64,000 nucleotides of DNA, from assembly GCA_051252135.1 (NCBI GenBank), contig JBPOGH010000001.1:32001-96000 (forward strand), written 5' to 3'. This document shows positions 18,779 through 27,914 of the stretch, piece by piece. The position numbers and the translations under genes were made by a program. Below the pieces are notes generated by a model. The model saw nothing but the letters and a program-made list of their open reading frames with translations. It did no database searches and had not been told where the DNA came from. Position 1 is the first letter of the stretch. The number at the start of each line of letters is the position of its first letter. The stretch is from Verrucomicrobiaceae bacterium. Lineage in GTDB: Bacteria > Verrucomicrobiota > Verrucomicrobiia > Verrucomicrobiales > Akkermansiaceae.

Positions 18779-18919
18779 CTATCGATCAGAGGGGCCTAGC
18801 AGCGTCTCCGAAGCATCGCCGAAGGGATCGGTGACGAAGGTGAAGTCAGCGTCGCCATTTCCGAAGGTGCGGGTGGCCTCGTCGTCGAGATTGCCGGTGG
18901 ATTCGAAGTCGAAGATCAT
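18779..18919 (-). pseudogene. 46-codon ORF resembling a duplicated sulfatase C-terminal module (possible frameshifted tail)
   Basis: MIFDFESTGNLDDEATRTFGNGDADFTF... overlaps the upstream stop (ATGA) and echoes AGNGGADFTF in the upstream protein. Confidence 0.4.
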
Positions 18920-21765
18920 TGTGCCGGGGCGGAGGTTTCGACGCGGAAGTCATCGAAGATGGAGCTGCCGGAGGACCAGGTGGTGAGGCCGAAGCGGCTG
19001 TTGAGGGGGATGTTGGTGCCGAGATCGAAGGCGAGGTTCTCGTAGTAGAGGACGCCGGCGGGAGTGAAGATGCGGAGGTCAACGAGGGAGGAGCCTTGAG
19101 TGCCGGAGATCTGGAGGGTGTAGAGGTCTCCGTTGGCGGAGTAGTCGGCGAGGGAGTTTTCGGCGATGAGGGTGGAGGAGGCGGAACCTTGGGTGACGCG
19201 GACGAGGCGGACGTCCTTTCCGGTGCCGCCGGGGGTGCTGCGGCCATCGGCGAGCATGAACTGCCAGAAGGAAGAGCTGCCACCATCAGGAACGATGCCG
19301 AAGGCGAGACCGGAGGCGACGCCGTTTCCATTGAAGCCGGTTTTTACGGAGGCGGTGAAGGAGGTTTCCGAATCGAGAGAGATGAGATCGTAGGAGCCGA
19401 GAGTGAGTGGGCCAGCGGGGGCGGAGGCCTGATCGCTGGCGAAGGTGAAGTCAGCTCCGCCATTTCCGGCGATGGCGAGAGTCCAGTCGGGGTCGGCGTT
19501 GAGGGCGCGGGATTTGCCATCGAAGGAATCGGTGGGGGTGCCGGTGGGTGGGGAGACAGGGGAGTGGTATTGCTGGGTGCGGCGGGAAAGTTCCGAGGGG
19601 TCGGAGTTGTAATCCTCGGTGAGGGTGCGCCATTCGCTGAGTTCGTGGCGGAGGTTGGCGATGATGGGGGCGAGAGAGGGATCGTTGATGAGATTGTTGG
19701 TGCACCAGAGGTCGGCATCGAGATCGAAGAGCTCTTCATCGGGGAGGGGGTCGCCGCTGGAGTTTTTTCCGGTGACGGATTGGAGAAGGAGTTCGCGGCC
19801 GAGGGTTCCCGTGGCGGCGAGGGTGGCATCGTAGGTGCGGTTGAACCAGGGAGAGCCGCCCTGATATTGGTCGGTATTGAGGGCGAGGGCGGGGTTGGCA
19901 AGGGTGCCGGAGGGTTTGGAGATGTTACGAACGTAGTAGTAGCGGCCATCGGTGACGGCTCGGGCATCGTAGTAGCGATGGCAGGCGGTGAGCATGGTAT
20001 CGCGATCCGGGATGTCATTTTGAGTGCCTTCGAAGATGGGGCGAAGGGATTTGCCGAGGTGGCCCGGGAGCCGGGGCATTCCGATGTAGTCGGTGAGCGT
20101 TGGGGCGATGTCGAGATGGCTGACGGGTTCGGTGATGCGGCGGTTTCCGCTGACTCCGGGGCCTGCGACGAGTAGTGGAATCTGGAGTCCGGTGGAGTAG
20201 ATCGACTGCTTGGCGCGGTGGAGGCCAATGCCATGATCGGAAGTGAAAATGATGAGTGTTTCGCCATCGATGCCGCGATTTGCGAGGGTGTCGACGCAGG
20301 CCTGGACGATGCCGTCGATGACCTTAATGGAACCGAGGTAGTCGGCGATATCCTGACGAACACCGGGGACGTCGGGGTAGCAGTTCGGGACGTCGATGGC
20401 GTTGGCGTCGATATTGGTGACTCCGCCATCGCCGGTGAGGCCTCCCGATGGATCCCAGACGCCGTTGGCATTGGGAACGGCTTTGAAGGGGAGGTGGGGA
20501 GAGCCGACATTTGCCCAGAAGAAGAAGGGGCGGTTGCCGGCCCGGGTGATGACATCGTTCATCGCGGTGGTGGCAGCGGCGGGTGTTCCCAGGTTGGGGT
20601 GTCCTTCGTGGTAGGGGAATTTGCGGACGGGCTGGACGTGCGACTTGGAGGAGACCGCGGTGTACCAACCGCGATCGCGGAGGACCTCGATGAGAGTGGG
20701 AAGATCCTCATGGACGCCACCGAGGGTGGTGTTGGAGGGGTCAGAACCGGAGGGGAGCGGGAAGTCGACTCCGTAGTTGAAGACATTCCGGTGGGCGCTG
20801 TTGGTGTGGGGGAAGGTGCCGGTGTAGAGGGCCATCTTGGATGGCGAGCAAACGGGGGAGAGGCAGAAGGCGCGATCGAAGACGACGCCTCCGGTGCCGA
20901 GGGCATCGATGTGCGGGGTGTCGAGCCCGCGGGTGGTGTTGTCCTCCGGGTTGGGGCTGTCACCGGTGAAGCCTCCGACGGGGTTGGAGTCGTAGAGGCC
21001 GAGGTGGAGGCTTTGGTCCTCGGTGATGAAGAAGAGGATGTTTTTTACGGGGATGACGGGTGAGGTGCCGAGAGAGAATTCCTGTCCGTCGGTGACGGTG
21101 TCGCCATCGAAATCGGTGGTGCGAGAAATGTGGGTCAGGTTGGTGAAGGCGTCGGTATCGCTGTGATTGAGGCACCATTGTTCGAAGTGGTCGGGGATGG
21201 TGTCGCCATCCGAATCGACCGAGGTGAGTGGGTCGGTGCCCTGGAGGAACTCGATGTCGTCGGCGACCTTATCTCCGTCGGTATCCCACTTGAGAGGGTC
21301 GGTTCCGAGGAGGGCTTCCTCTTTGTTGGTGAGTGAGTCGGTGTCGGAATTGAGGGCTTCGTGACGGATGCGTCGGACGAAGTTTTTTCCGGCATCAAAA
21401 GGGATGGTGACGGTGGTGTCCGAGCCATCAGAAAGGACGGGGGCGGACTGGCGGGTCCAGTTGAGGAGGTCCGGAGACGTCTGGGTGAGGTCACGCATCC
21501 AAGGCTCACCGGGGAAGGTGATGTCAGTGGAGTTGGTTTGGCGGTCGACGTTGGCTTTGAATGAAGAGTTGGCGTCGTTGGGATCGGTGAAGGCGCGTCC
21601 TTCGTCGTGGTTCAGGCAGCCGTCGGCATCGAAGTCATCGAATGGCGCGGCGGCTGCCGAAGGGTGGAGGGATTCCCAAACATCGCTGATGCCGTTGTTG
21701 TTCTGATCGAGGGCGGAGGCCGGTGCGATGATAAGGACCGCGAGGGATGGAAAGAGGCGGGACAT
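18916..21765 (-). CDS. Modular secreted sulfatase: Asp-rich DxDGD (TSP3-like) repeats + S1 domain + C-terminal beta-sandwich
   Basis: Signal peptide, GTDP..DTDGD repeats, KNILFFITEDQ, variant motif CSPSK, SDHG, EELFDL..D. Confidence 0.85.
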   Translation of the reverse strand: MSRLFPSLAVLIIAPASALDQNNNGISDVWESLHPSAAAAPFDDFDADGCLNHDEGRAFTDPNDANSSFKANVDRQTNSTDITFPGEPWMRDLTQTSPDLLNWTRQSAPVLSDGSDTTVTIPFDAGKNFVRRIRHEALNSDTDSLTNKEEALLGTDPLKWDTDGDKVADDIEFLQGTDPLTSVDSDGDTIPDHFEQWCLNHSDTDAFTNLTHISRTTDFDGDTVTDGQEFSLGTSPVIPVKNILFFITEDQSLHLGLYDSNPVGGFTGDSPNPEDNTTRGLDTPHIDALGTGGVVFDRAFCLSPVCSPSKMALYTGTFPHTNSAHRNVFNYGVDFPLPSGSDPSNTTLGGVHEDLPTLIEVLRDRGWYTAVSSKSHVQPVRKFPYHEGHPNLGTPAAATTAMNDVITRAGNRPFFFWANVGSPHLPFKAVPNANGVWDPSGGLTGDGGVTNIDANAIDVPNCYPDVPGVRQDIADYLGSIKVIDGIVQACVDTLANRGIDGETLIIFTSDHGIGLHRAKQSIYSTGLQIPLLVAGPGVSGNRRITEPVSHLDIAPTLTDYIGMPRLPGHLGKSLRPIFEGTQNDIPDRDTMLTACHRYYDARAVTDGRYYYVRNISKPSGTLANPALALNTDQYQGGSPWFNRTYDATLAATGTLGRELLLQSVTGKNSSGDPLPDEELFDLDADLWCTNNLINDPSLAPIIANLRHELSEWRTLTEDYNSDPSELSRRTQQYHSPVSPPTGTPTDSFDGKSRALNADPDWTLAIAGNGGADFTFASDQASAPAGPLTLGSYDLISLDSETSFTASVKTGFNGNGVASGLAFGIVPDGGSSSFWQFMLADGRSTPGGTGKDVRLVRVTQGSASSTLIAENSLADYSANGDLYTLQISGTQGSSLVDLRIFTPAGVLYYENLAFDLGTNIPLNSRFGLTTWSSGSSIFDDFRVETSAPAQ

Positions 21766-21774
21766 GAGGAGGGG

Positions 21775-24561
21775 CTAGTTTTTCACGGTAAAGGCATGGC
21801 TCCCCGAAGTGAGTTGGTGGGTCTGGTTTTCGGGGGTCTTGTTGGTGAAGGGAGACTTGGTTGGGAGGATGAGGGTGGCGGTGGTGTTGGGAGGGATGGT
21901 GGCCTCGTAGAGGAGGGAGCCGTCGTCCTGTTTTTTCCAATGAATGGAGATGCGCCCCTGGGGTGAGTCGTGATGAGCTTTGACCCAGGAAATGGTGTTG
22001 GGGTCGGCTTTGTAAGCATCCGGGCTGGGGAAGTGCGGGTGGAGTTTGATGGTGGAGTAGCCGGGGGAGTCGGGCTCGATCCCGGCGAGGGTGGACATCA
22101 TCCATCCGGTGACGGCACCGAAGGCGTAGTGGGAGAAGGAGTTCATGGCGGCGTTCAGTGTGCCGTCGGCTCCGCCGAAGCCGTATTCCTCGGTGTAGGA
22201 ATTCCAGCGTTCCCAGATGGTGGTGGCTCCGTTCTTTACCTCGTATCCCCATGATGGGTAGAGGCGAGACTGGATGAGTTTCATTGCGGCGTCGTGTTGA
22301 CCGGTGGCGGTGAGCATGGGGAGGAGAGGCTTGGTGCCGAGGAAGCCGGTGGTCATGCCGGTGTTTTTTTCATTAGCTCCTTTGGCGAGGAGTCCGGCTA
22401 GGATGGAGCCTGTTTTCTTGCGCTCGGCAGGGTCGGTGAGGATTCCGCAATCGAGAGCAAGGACGTAGGAGGTCTGGGAGGTGAGCTTGAGGGTGCCGTC
22501 ATTGTTCAGGTAGGTCTTGCGGAAGTTTTGGCGAAGGGTGTTGGCCCAATCGCGGTAGTGGTCGGCTTCGGTATTGAGTCCCTGGGCGGCCGCCATTTCC
22601 GCCATTTGTTCCGAGATGAGGGTGAAGTAGCAGAGGTCGATGTATTCGTGCGGGGTGGGGTCGTCGAGATTGAGCCAGTCGCCCCAAGGTGCTCCGAACG
22701 CGGTGCCTTGGAGCTTGGGGTCATTCTTGTGGCGGGCGTTCATGAAGCGGGTCATGGCGGGCCAGTGCTTGGTGAAGAAGTCGGTGTCGCCGGTGGCCTT
22801 CCAAATGGCATGGGGGACGATGACTCCGGCATCGGACCAGGCGGTGGCGTGGATGGCACCGCCGTGTCCGAAGGGATAGGGGGCGTAGGAGGGGTAGTAG
22901 CCCTCGGGGGTCATGGAGTCTTCGAGTTCGCGGAGCCATTTCTTGAAGAAGGCGGCGACATCGGCGTGGTAGGCGGCGGTGGCGGCGTAGATTTGAGCGT
23001 CGCCGGTCCAGCCCATGCGCTCGTCACGCTGCGGGCAATCGGTGGGGAGGTCGATCCAGTTGCCGCGTTGGGTCCAGACGGCGTTGAGGAAGATTTTGTT
23101 CACGACGGGATCGGATGATTCAAAGCCGGAGGCGAGGGGAGTGTCCGAGTGGAGAACGAGTCCGGTGATCATGGAGAGATCGGGTTTTTCGGAGATTCCT
23201 CGTACTTCGACGAACTGGAATCCGTGGAAGGTGAAGCGAGGGGTCCATGTTTCGCCGTTGGGGTCACCTTTGAGAATGTAGGTGTCGGTTGAACGGGCAG
23301 CACGGAGGTTCTCGGTCATGAGGCGTCCGTCGGGGTGGAGCATTTCGCCGAAGCGGAGAGTGATTTTCTGTCCGGCTTCGCCTTTGACCTTCAGACGGAT
23401 GTTGCCGGCGATGTTTTGGCCGAGGTCGAAGATGTAGACGCCGGGGGCGTGCTCGGTGACGGACTTGGCGGAGAGTTCCTCGATGATACGGACAGGTTGG
23501 GCGGGGTAGGCTTCGAGGACGGGAGGTTTGACGAAGCCGAACTCGCGTTCTTCCTTCACGAAGCGGTCGATGAAGATGGCTTTGGTGGAGCCGTTGTCCT
23601 TGGCCAGAATGGCGGGCTCCCAAGCGGAGTCATCGTATCCGGGAGTGGACCAGCCGGCGAGTTCCTTGCGGGCATCGTAGGCTTCGCCCATGAGGAAATC
23701 GGCTTCGAACTCGGGGCCGGTGGTGACTTTCCAAGTGGGGTTGGTGCTGATCTTATCAGTCGTGCCATCTTCGAAGGTGAAATGGATTTCCACCATGAGG
23801 GCGGGGGTTTTACCGTAGGTGTTTCGTCCGGTTTTGTGGGGGCCATAGCCGACGAATTTTCCGTAGGCGATGTATCCGGCATACCAGCCGTCTGCGACGA
23901 TGGCTCCGAGGGCATTTTTTCCTTCCTTGAGTTGGTCGGTGATATCGTAGGTGTTGTAGTAGGCGCGCTTTGCGTAGTTGGTCCAGCCGGGGGCAAAGTA
24001 GGTGTCGCCGACTTTCTTGCCATTAAGCTCGAGCTCGTAGATGCCGAGAGCGGAGGCGTAGGCGACGGCGCGCTTAATTTTTTTACGATTTTTGAAGGTG
24101 GTGCGGTAGTAGCGGGCGGAGGGGAGGTAGAGCTCGTTGCGGTTGTCGTGGAGTTTCGAGGTGTCCTTGAAGGAGATCCAATGGGCGGTAGGCTTGGCGT
24201 TGATGAAGGAGGTGGTGAAGGTCTGGGTCGCGGACCACTCGGAGGGCTGGTCGTTTTGGTCCCAAGTGCGGGCCTTCCAGGAAATGAGAGAGTTGGAAGG
24301 GACGGAGTCGCCAGGGTAGACGACGAAACTTTTGTTAGAGGCGACTTTTTCCGAATCCCAGAAAATGGAGTCATCGGCGTAGGCGATGATTTGGTAAGCG
24401 GATTGTGAGGCTCCTTGCTCATCGGTAGCCATGGCCCAGGAGAAGCGGGGCTGGGCGTCGTCGAGGCCGACGGGGTTGACGCGGTGTTCAACCTGGAGAT
24501 TGGTGACTTGGTGTGCGTGGAGGGAGGACGCGAGGATGGCGGAGAGGAACAGGGATTTCAT
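21775..24561 (-). CDS. Alpha-L-rhamnosidase, GH78
   Basis: PTDCPQRDERMGWTGDAQ, GATTIWERWN, MNSFSHYAFGAV, DLGQN, PRFTFHGFQFVE; start ATG 24561 gives a signal peptide. Confidence 0.95.
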   Translation of the reverse strand: MKSLFLSAILASSLHAHQVTNLQVEHRVNPVGLDDAQPRFSWAMATDEQGASQSAYQIIAYADDSIFWDSEKVASNKSFVVYPGDSVPSNSLISWKARTWDQNDQPSEWSATQTFTTSFINAKPTAHWISFKDTSKLHDNRNELYLPSARYYRTTFKNRKKIKRAVAYASALGIYELELNGKKVGDTYFAPGWTNYAKRAYYNTYDITDQLKEGKNALGAIVADGWYAGYIAYGKFVGYGPHKTGRNTYGKTPALMVEIHFTFEDGTTDKISTNPTWKVTTGPEFEADFLMGEAYDARKELAGWSTPGYDDSAWEPAILAKDNGSTKAIFIDRFVKEEREFGFVKPPVLEAYPAQPVRIIEELSAKSVTEHAPGVYIFDLGQNIAGNIRLKVKGEAGQKITLRFGEMLHPDGRLMTENLRAARSTDTYILKGDPNGETWTPRFTFHGFQFVEVRGISEKPDLSMITGLVLHSDTPLASGFESSDPVVNKIFLNAVWTQRGNWIDLPTDCPQRDERMGWTGDAQIYAATAAYHADVAAFFKKWLRELEDSMTPEGYYPSYAPYPFGHGGAIHATAWSDAGVIVPHAIWKATGDTDFFTKHWPAMTRFMNARHKNDPKLQGTAFGAPWGDWLNLDDPTPHEYIDLCYFTLISEQMAEMAAAQGLNTEADHYRDWANTLRQNFRKTYLNNDGTLKLTSQTSYVLALDCGILTDPAERKKTGSILAGLLAKGANEKNTGMTTGFLGTKPLLPMLTATGQHDAAMKLIQSRLYPSWGYEVKNGATTIWERWNSYTEEYGFGGADGTLNAAMNSFSHYAFGAVTGWMMSTLAGIEPDSPGYSTIKLHPHFPSPDAYKADPNTISWVKAHHDSPQGRISIHWKKQDDGSLLYEATIPPNTTATLILPTKSPFTNKTPENQTHQLTSGSHAFTVKN

Positions 24562-24591
24562 AGGAAACGATGAAAGTAGGTGGGGATAAGG

Positions 24592-24616
24592 AAGCACACC
24601 CAAGATGGGTGTGCTT
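24592..24616. other. Perfect intergenic hairpin
   Basis: AAGCACACCC-aagat-GGGTGTGCTT between the small membrane gene and GH78; no clear U-tract, so role unclear. Confidence 0.5.
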
Positions 24617-24634
24617 GAGAAAGACCGGGATGGA

Positions 24635-24835
24635 TTAAATTTGGTCTTGGGTGGAGGTATCGAGTTCCTCCTTTTGGAAGGCGAGCCACGGGGTGGCTGC
24701 GACATACCAAACGACCATTCCAATCGCCATCATGGTGAAGGTTGATTTCTCCGAGAGGTCGGAGAGGAGATGGAGGAGTGGCGGGATGATGGTGAGTGCG
24801 AGACCCAGAAGAGCGATAATCGGTAAGAATTTCAT
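24635..24835 (-). CDS. Small two-TM membrane protein
   Basis: 66 aa, two hydrophobic helices, 18 bp downstream of the permease. Confidence 0.75.
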   Translation of the reverse strand: MKFLPIIALLGLALTIIPPLLHLLSDLSEKSTFTMMAIGMVVWYVAATPWLAFQKEELDTSTQDQI

Positions 24836-24853
24836 GACGATATGAGGTGGAGG

Positions 24854-26230
24854 TTAGGCGCTTTTCTTAAGCAGGGTTTTACTGAAGACGATATGGAGGA
24901 TGGCGGTGGCGATCCAGCAGGGAAGGATGCAGAACCATGAGCTGACTCCGACAATCTTGATGAGATAGGTCGCAAAGGCAACCGGGATGAGCCAAGCGAG
25001 GAGGACTGCGGGATTGAGACCGATGCCGCTTTTTTCAGCGGCGAACTGGGTGAATCCGGCGCGCCGGGCGAAATACCAATCGGCGAAGATGACAGCACCC
25101 ATGGGAGCGAGGACGGTTCCGTAGAAGCCGACAAAATCGAGGAGTTTGAAGGCGAATGCGGGGAAGAGACCGGCGATGGTTGCGACCGTTCCTGCGACGA
25201 GCGTCATCGTGGTGCGGGATGATCCGGGGATCATGGCCTGGAAGGCGAGACCGGCGCGGTAGATGGTGGGGTTGGCGGTGGTCCAGCCGGCGACAACGAC
25301 ACAGACGATGCCGGCGAGGCCGGCGACATTGGCGGCCATGATGCCGGGGTTTGGGCTGGTGTCTCCGCTCATTTTGATCTGAGCGGCGAGCATGAAGGCG
25401 GCGGAAATCCAGGCCATGTAGTGACCGACGAACATGCCGCCTGCTGCGGCCCAACCGGCGTTGGCATTTTTGGCGTAGCGGAAAACGGAGAGGTCAGCCA
25501 TTCCGATGTGCATGGCGGAGTTACAGAACCAGGCGAAGAGGGCGACCGACCAGAAGCCCATGGGCTCGGTTGCGTTGCTGTCCTGGGCAATGTTGATGGA
25601 TTGGGTCCAGACGGCGTTGAGTCCTTCCCAGTTGTCGGCACCGATTTGCTTGAGGGCGACGAATCCGCAGGCGAGGAAGACGAGGACCATCCAGGGGGAG
25701 GCGACGTTTGCGAAGCGGGCGACCATGTCGTATCCGCGCGCGGCGACGAGGGCGATGACGGCTCCGACGGCAAGGACGATGATGATGAAAGCGGCGCTGT
25801 TCGGGTAGACGGCTTCGAAGGCAGGCATTTCGATGTTGAAGGGGATGCCGACCGCGGTTGCCGAGACGGTGATCATGGCTCCGGCGAGGAAGCAGAAGAG
25901 GATGCCGTTCGCGAGGTTGTAGAATTTGACCAGTTTGTTTCCGGCGATTTTTTCGAGGTGGAAGTAAAGGGTCATGCGGGCCTTGGTCGCAATGGGGGCG
26001 CAGACGAAGCGCCAACTGAAGACGGCGAGAAGGTTGCCCAAGAGGAGACCGAGGAAGATATTTTGAAGGGTGACGCCATTGAGAAGGAAGAGCGGACCGA
26101 TCATGAACTCGGTCCCCGCGGCGTGTTCGCCGGAATACATGCCCCAAAATTTACCCGGACCTTTACGGGCGTTTTCCGGCACCGGGGTGCGTTCGTACTC
26201 GTTGTTTGCGTGGTTTTCTTCGTCAGCCAT
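24854..26230 (-). CDS. Purine-cytosine permease (NCS1/CodB-like) family transporter
   Basis: EYERTPVP N-terminus, many TM segments, AGWTTANPTIY motif. Confidence 0.85.
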   Translation of the reverse strand: MADEENHANNEYERTPVPENARKGPGKFWGMYSGEHAAGTEFMIGPLFLLNGVTLQNIFLGLLLGNLLAVFSWRFVCAPIATKARMTLYFHLEKIAGNKLVKFYNLANGILFCFLAGAMITVSATAVGIPFNIEMPAFEAVYPNSAAFIIIVLAVGAVIALVAARGYDMVARFANVASPWMVLVFLACGFVALKQIGADNWEGLNAVWTQSINIAQDSNATEPMGFWSVALFAWFCNSAMHIGMADLSVFRYAKNANAGWAAAGGMFVGHYMAWISAAFMLAAQIKMSGDTSPNPGIMAANVAGLAGIVCVVVAGWTTANPTIYRAGLAFQAMIPGSSRTTMTLVAGTVATIAGLFPAFAFKLLDFVGFYGTVLAPMGAVIFADWYFARRAGFTQFAAEKSGIGLNPAVLLAWLIPVAFATYLIKIVGVSSWFCILPCWIATAILHIVFSKTLLKKSA

Positions 26231-26266
26231 AGTGTGTGTGGGAATAACCTTTCCCGAAGTTGGGGA

Positions 26267-26294
26267 ACAATAGGAATTGATGCAGGTGCGTCAA
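26267..26294 (-). promoter_or_regulatory. Putative sigma70 promoter of the permease operon
   Basis: Minus strand TTGACG-N16-TATTGT. Confidence 0.5.
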
Positions 26295-26302
26295 CCTCAA
26301 AC

Positions 26303-26316
26303 AAGAAACGCTTCTT
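26303..26316. promoter_or_regulatory. Candidate LacI-family operator AAGAAACGCTTCTT
   Basis: One mismatch to the 18704 palindrome; in the divergent permease/lacI intergenic region. Confidence 0.75.
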
Positions 26317-26372
26317 CCGAAAGAAGTTAATCCAGTTGCAGAATAGGGTGTGGTTGTCTAACACTTCCCGAG

Positions 26373-27398
26373 ATGGCAGTCGGTAAAGTCAGACTCAAGG
26401 ATGTCGCAGAAAAAGCGGGAGTTGCGGTGAATACAGCATCGACGATATTGAATCGTCGACCCAACTCATGGGCTTCGAAAGAAACCGAGGAGCGGGTGTT
26501 TGCGGCGGCCAAGGAGTTGGGTTACCGGCCCAACCGTGCAGCAGTGGCATTACAGGCCGGATGTTTTAAGACGATTGGTCTTTTGATCGCGGATTTGGAG
26601 AATCCTTATTACACGCATTTCTCGGAAGTGTTTGGTAATCAGATTGAGAGTCGTGGTTATGATCTGTTGATCGAGAACTGGCGGACGGACTTGCAGCGTG
26701 AGAAGAAGCTTTTGGAGGATTTTGTGCATCGCAATGTCGATGGGGTGGTTGCGTTTGTGAGTGATATTGAGGAACACCGGGAATTTTTGGAGAGTCAGAC
26801 GAAAGCGGGATTTCCGATTGTGGCGCTGGCGATGCCCGGTCCGGATGAGATGGGGCTTGATATGGTGACGCCGAATTTCGGTCCCGGGCTGCGTGAGGCG
26901 GCTTCGATTCTTCACGGGTTGGGCCATCGTAAATTTGCCTTTTTGGCGGCCAAGTCCGGTGGTCAGCGGGTAGGGAAACGGCCGGCTCTTTTCCGGGAGT
27001 TGATTGATGAGTATGGCGACTCGGAATTGGAGGTTGTGGATTCCGGTCCGACTCTCAAGGAGGCCCGTGATCTGGGCCATGCATTGTTGAGCAAAGAGAA
27101 CCGGCCGACCGCGATTGTCGGTCTCAATGATCTTGCGGCGATTGGGGTGATGCGTGCGGCCAAGGATTTGGGATTGAAGGTTCCCGAGGATGTTTCGGTG
27201 GTTGGGATTGATGGAATTCCGCTGGCGGAGCAGTTGGTGGTGTCTCTTTCGACTATTGCCCAGCCTCATGAAGAGATGGTGGCGAAGGCGATTGAGTTCC
27301 TGATGGCGCGGATTGACAGTGATGAGGTATTGGCCCCCCAGAGGGCTGATTTTCCGACGCGATTCATCAAGCGGGAGTCGGTTGGGCCTCCACGTTGA
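26373..27398 (+). CDS. LacI family transcriptional regulator
   Basis: LKDVAEKAGVAVNTASTILN HTH, LGYRPN hinge, PTAIVGLNDLAAIG, VPEDVSVVGID. Confidence 0.95.
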   Translation: MAVGKVRLKDVAEKAGVAVNTASTILNRRPNSWASKETEERVFAAAKELGYRPNRAAVALQAGCFKTIGLLIADLENPYYTHFSEVFGNQIESRGYDLLIENWRTDLQREKKLLEDFVHRNVDGVVAFVSDIEEHREFLESQTKAGFPIVALAMPGPDEMGLDMVTPNFGPGLREAASILHGLGHRKFAFLAAKSGGQRVGKRPALFRELIDEYGDSELEVVDSGPTLKEARDLGHALLSKENRPTAIVGLNDLAAIGVMRAAKDLGLKVPEDVSVVGIDGIPLAEQLVVSLSTIAQPHEEMVAKAIEFLMARIDSDEVLAPQRADFPTRFIKRESVGPPR

Positions 27399-27403
27399 TT
27401 TTC

Positions 27404-27430
27404 TCCCGCAGTGGAGCGGGGACCTTTTTG
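27404..27430 (+). terminator. Possible intrinsic terminator after the LacI gene
   Basis: CCCGC-agtgga-GCGGG hairpin followed shortly by TTTTT. Confidence 0.45.
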
Positions 27431-27458
27431 TGTTAGGGGGGAGATTCAGTCCTTTTGA

Positions 27459-27773
27459 TCACTCCTGATGAAATACCATTTTGAGGGAAGTGGTGACCGG
27501 GGAGTTGTCGGGATGGGTTTCCATGAGGTCGGCCATGTGGCGCCACCATTTTTTGACGGTGGGGGAGTTGGGGAGTTGATCAGCGGTGTGGTGGTCACTG
27601 AGGCATTGGACGGCGAAGAGAGTGAGGGTTTCGGGGTCGAGGAAGATTGAGTAATCGGAGATTCCGGCTTGGGTGAGTTCAGCTGCGAGTTCCGGCCAGA
27701 TCCGGTTGTGGCGACGGTGATATTCTTCTTCGTGGCCTGGCTTGAGTTGCATTTTGAAGGCGACCTTTTGCAT
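27459..27773 (-). CDS. rhaM: L-rhamnose mutarotase
   Basis: AFKMQLKPG..EEY..RH..IWPEL, AGISDYSIFLD, KWW.HMADLMETHPDNSP; start ATG 27773. Confidence 0.95.
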   Translation of the reverse strand: MQKVAFKMQLKPGHEEEYHRRHNRIWPELAAELTQAGISDYSIFLDPETLTLFAVQCLSDHHTADQLPNSPTVKKWWRHMADLMETHPDNSPVTTSLKMVFHQE

Positions 27774-27804
27774 GGTGGGGACGATTATGCACACTTTGCG
27801 TCAC

Positions 27805-27826
27805 AAGAAACGTTTTAAGTTTGACA
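27805..27826. promoter_or_regulatory. Candidate LacI-family operator AAGAAACGTTTTAA plus adjacent TTGACA
   Basis: Two mismatches to the palindrome; in the divergent rhaM/isomerase region, 2 bp from TTGACA (27821-27826). Confidence 0.65.
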
Positions 27827-27914
27827 GTTGGGTGTGTGTCCTCTTTTTTTCCTGCAGCAGGGATCGAGAAAGAGAATGCTCGATTTGCCACCCATCCTAA
27901 CTGACTTTTGACAT

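Noticed and set aside
24563..24574. Fourth LacI operator (GGAAACGATGAA) before GH78
   Set aside because: Only a partial half-site match and not palindromic.
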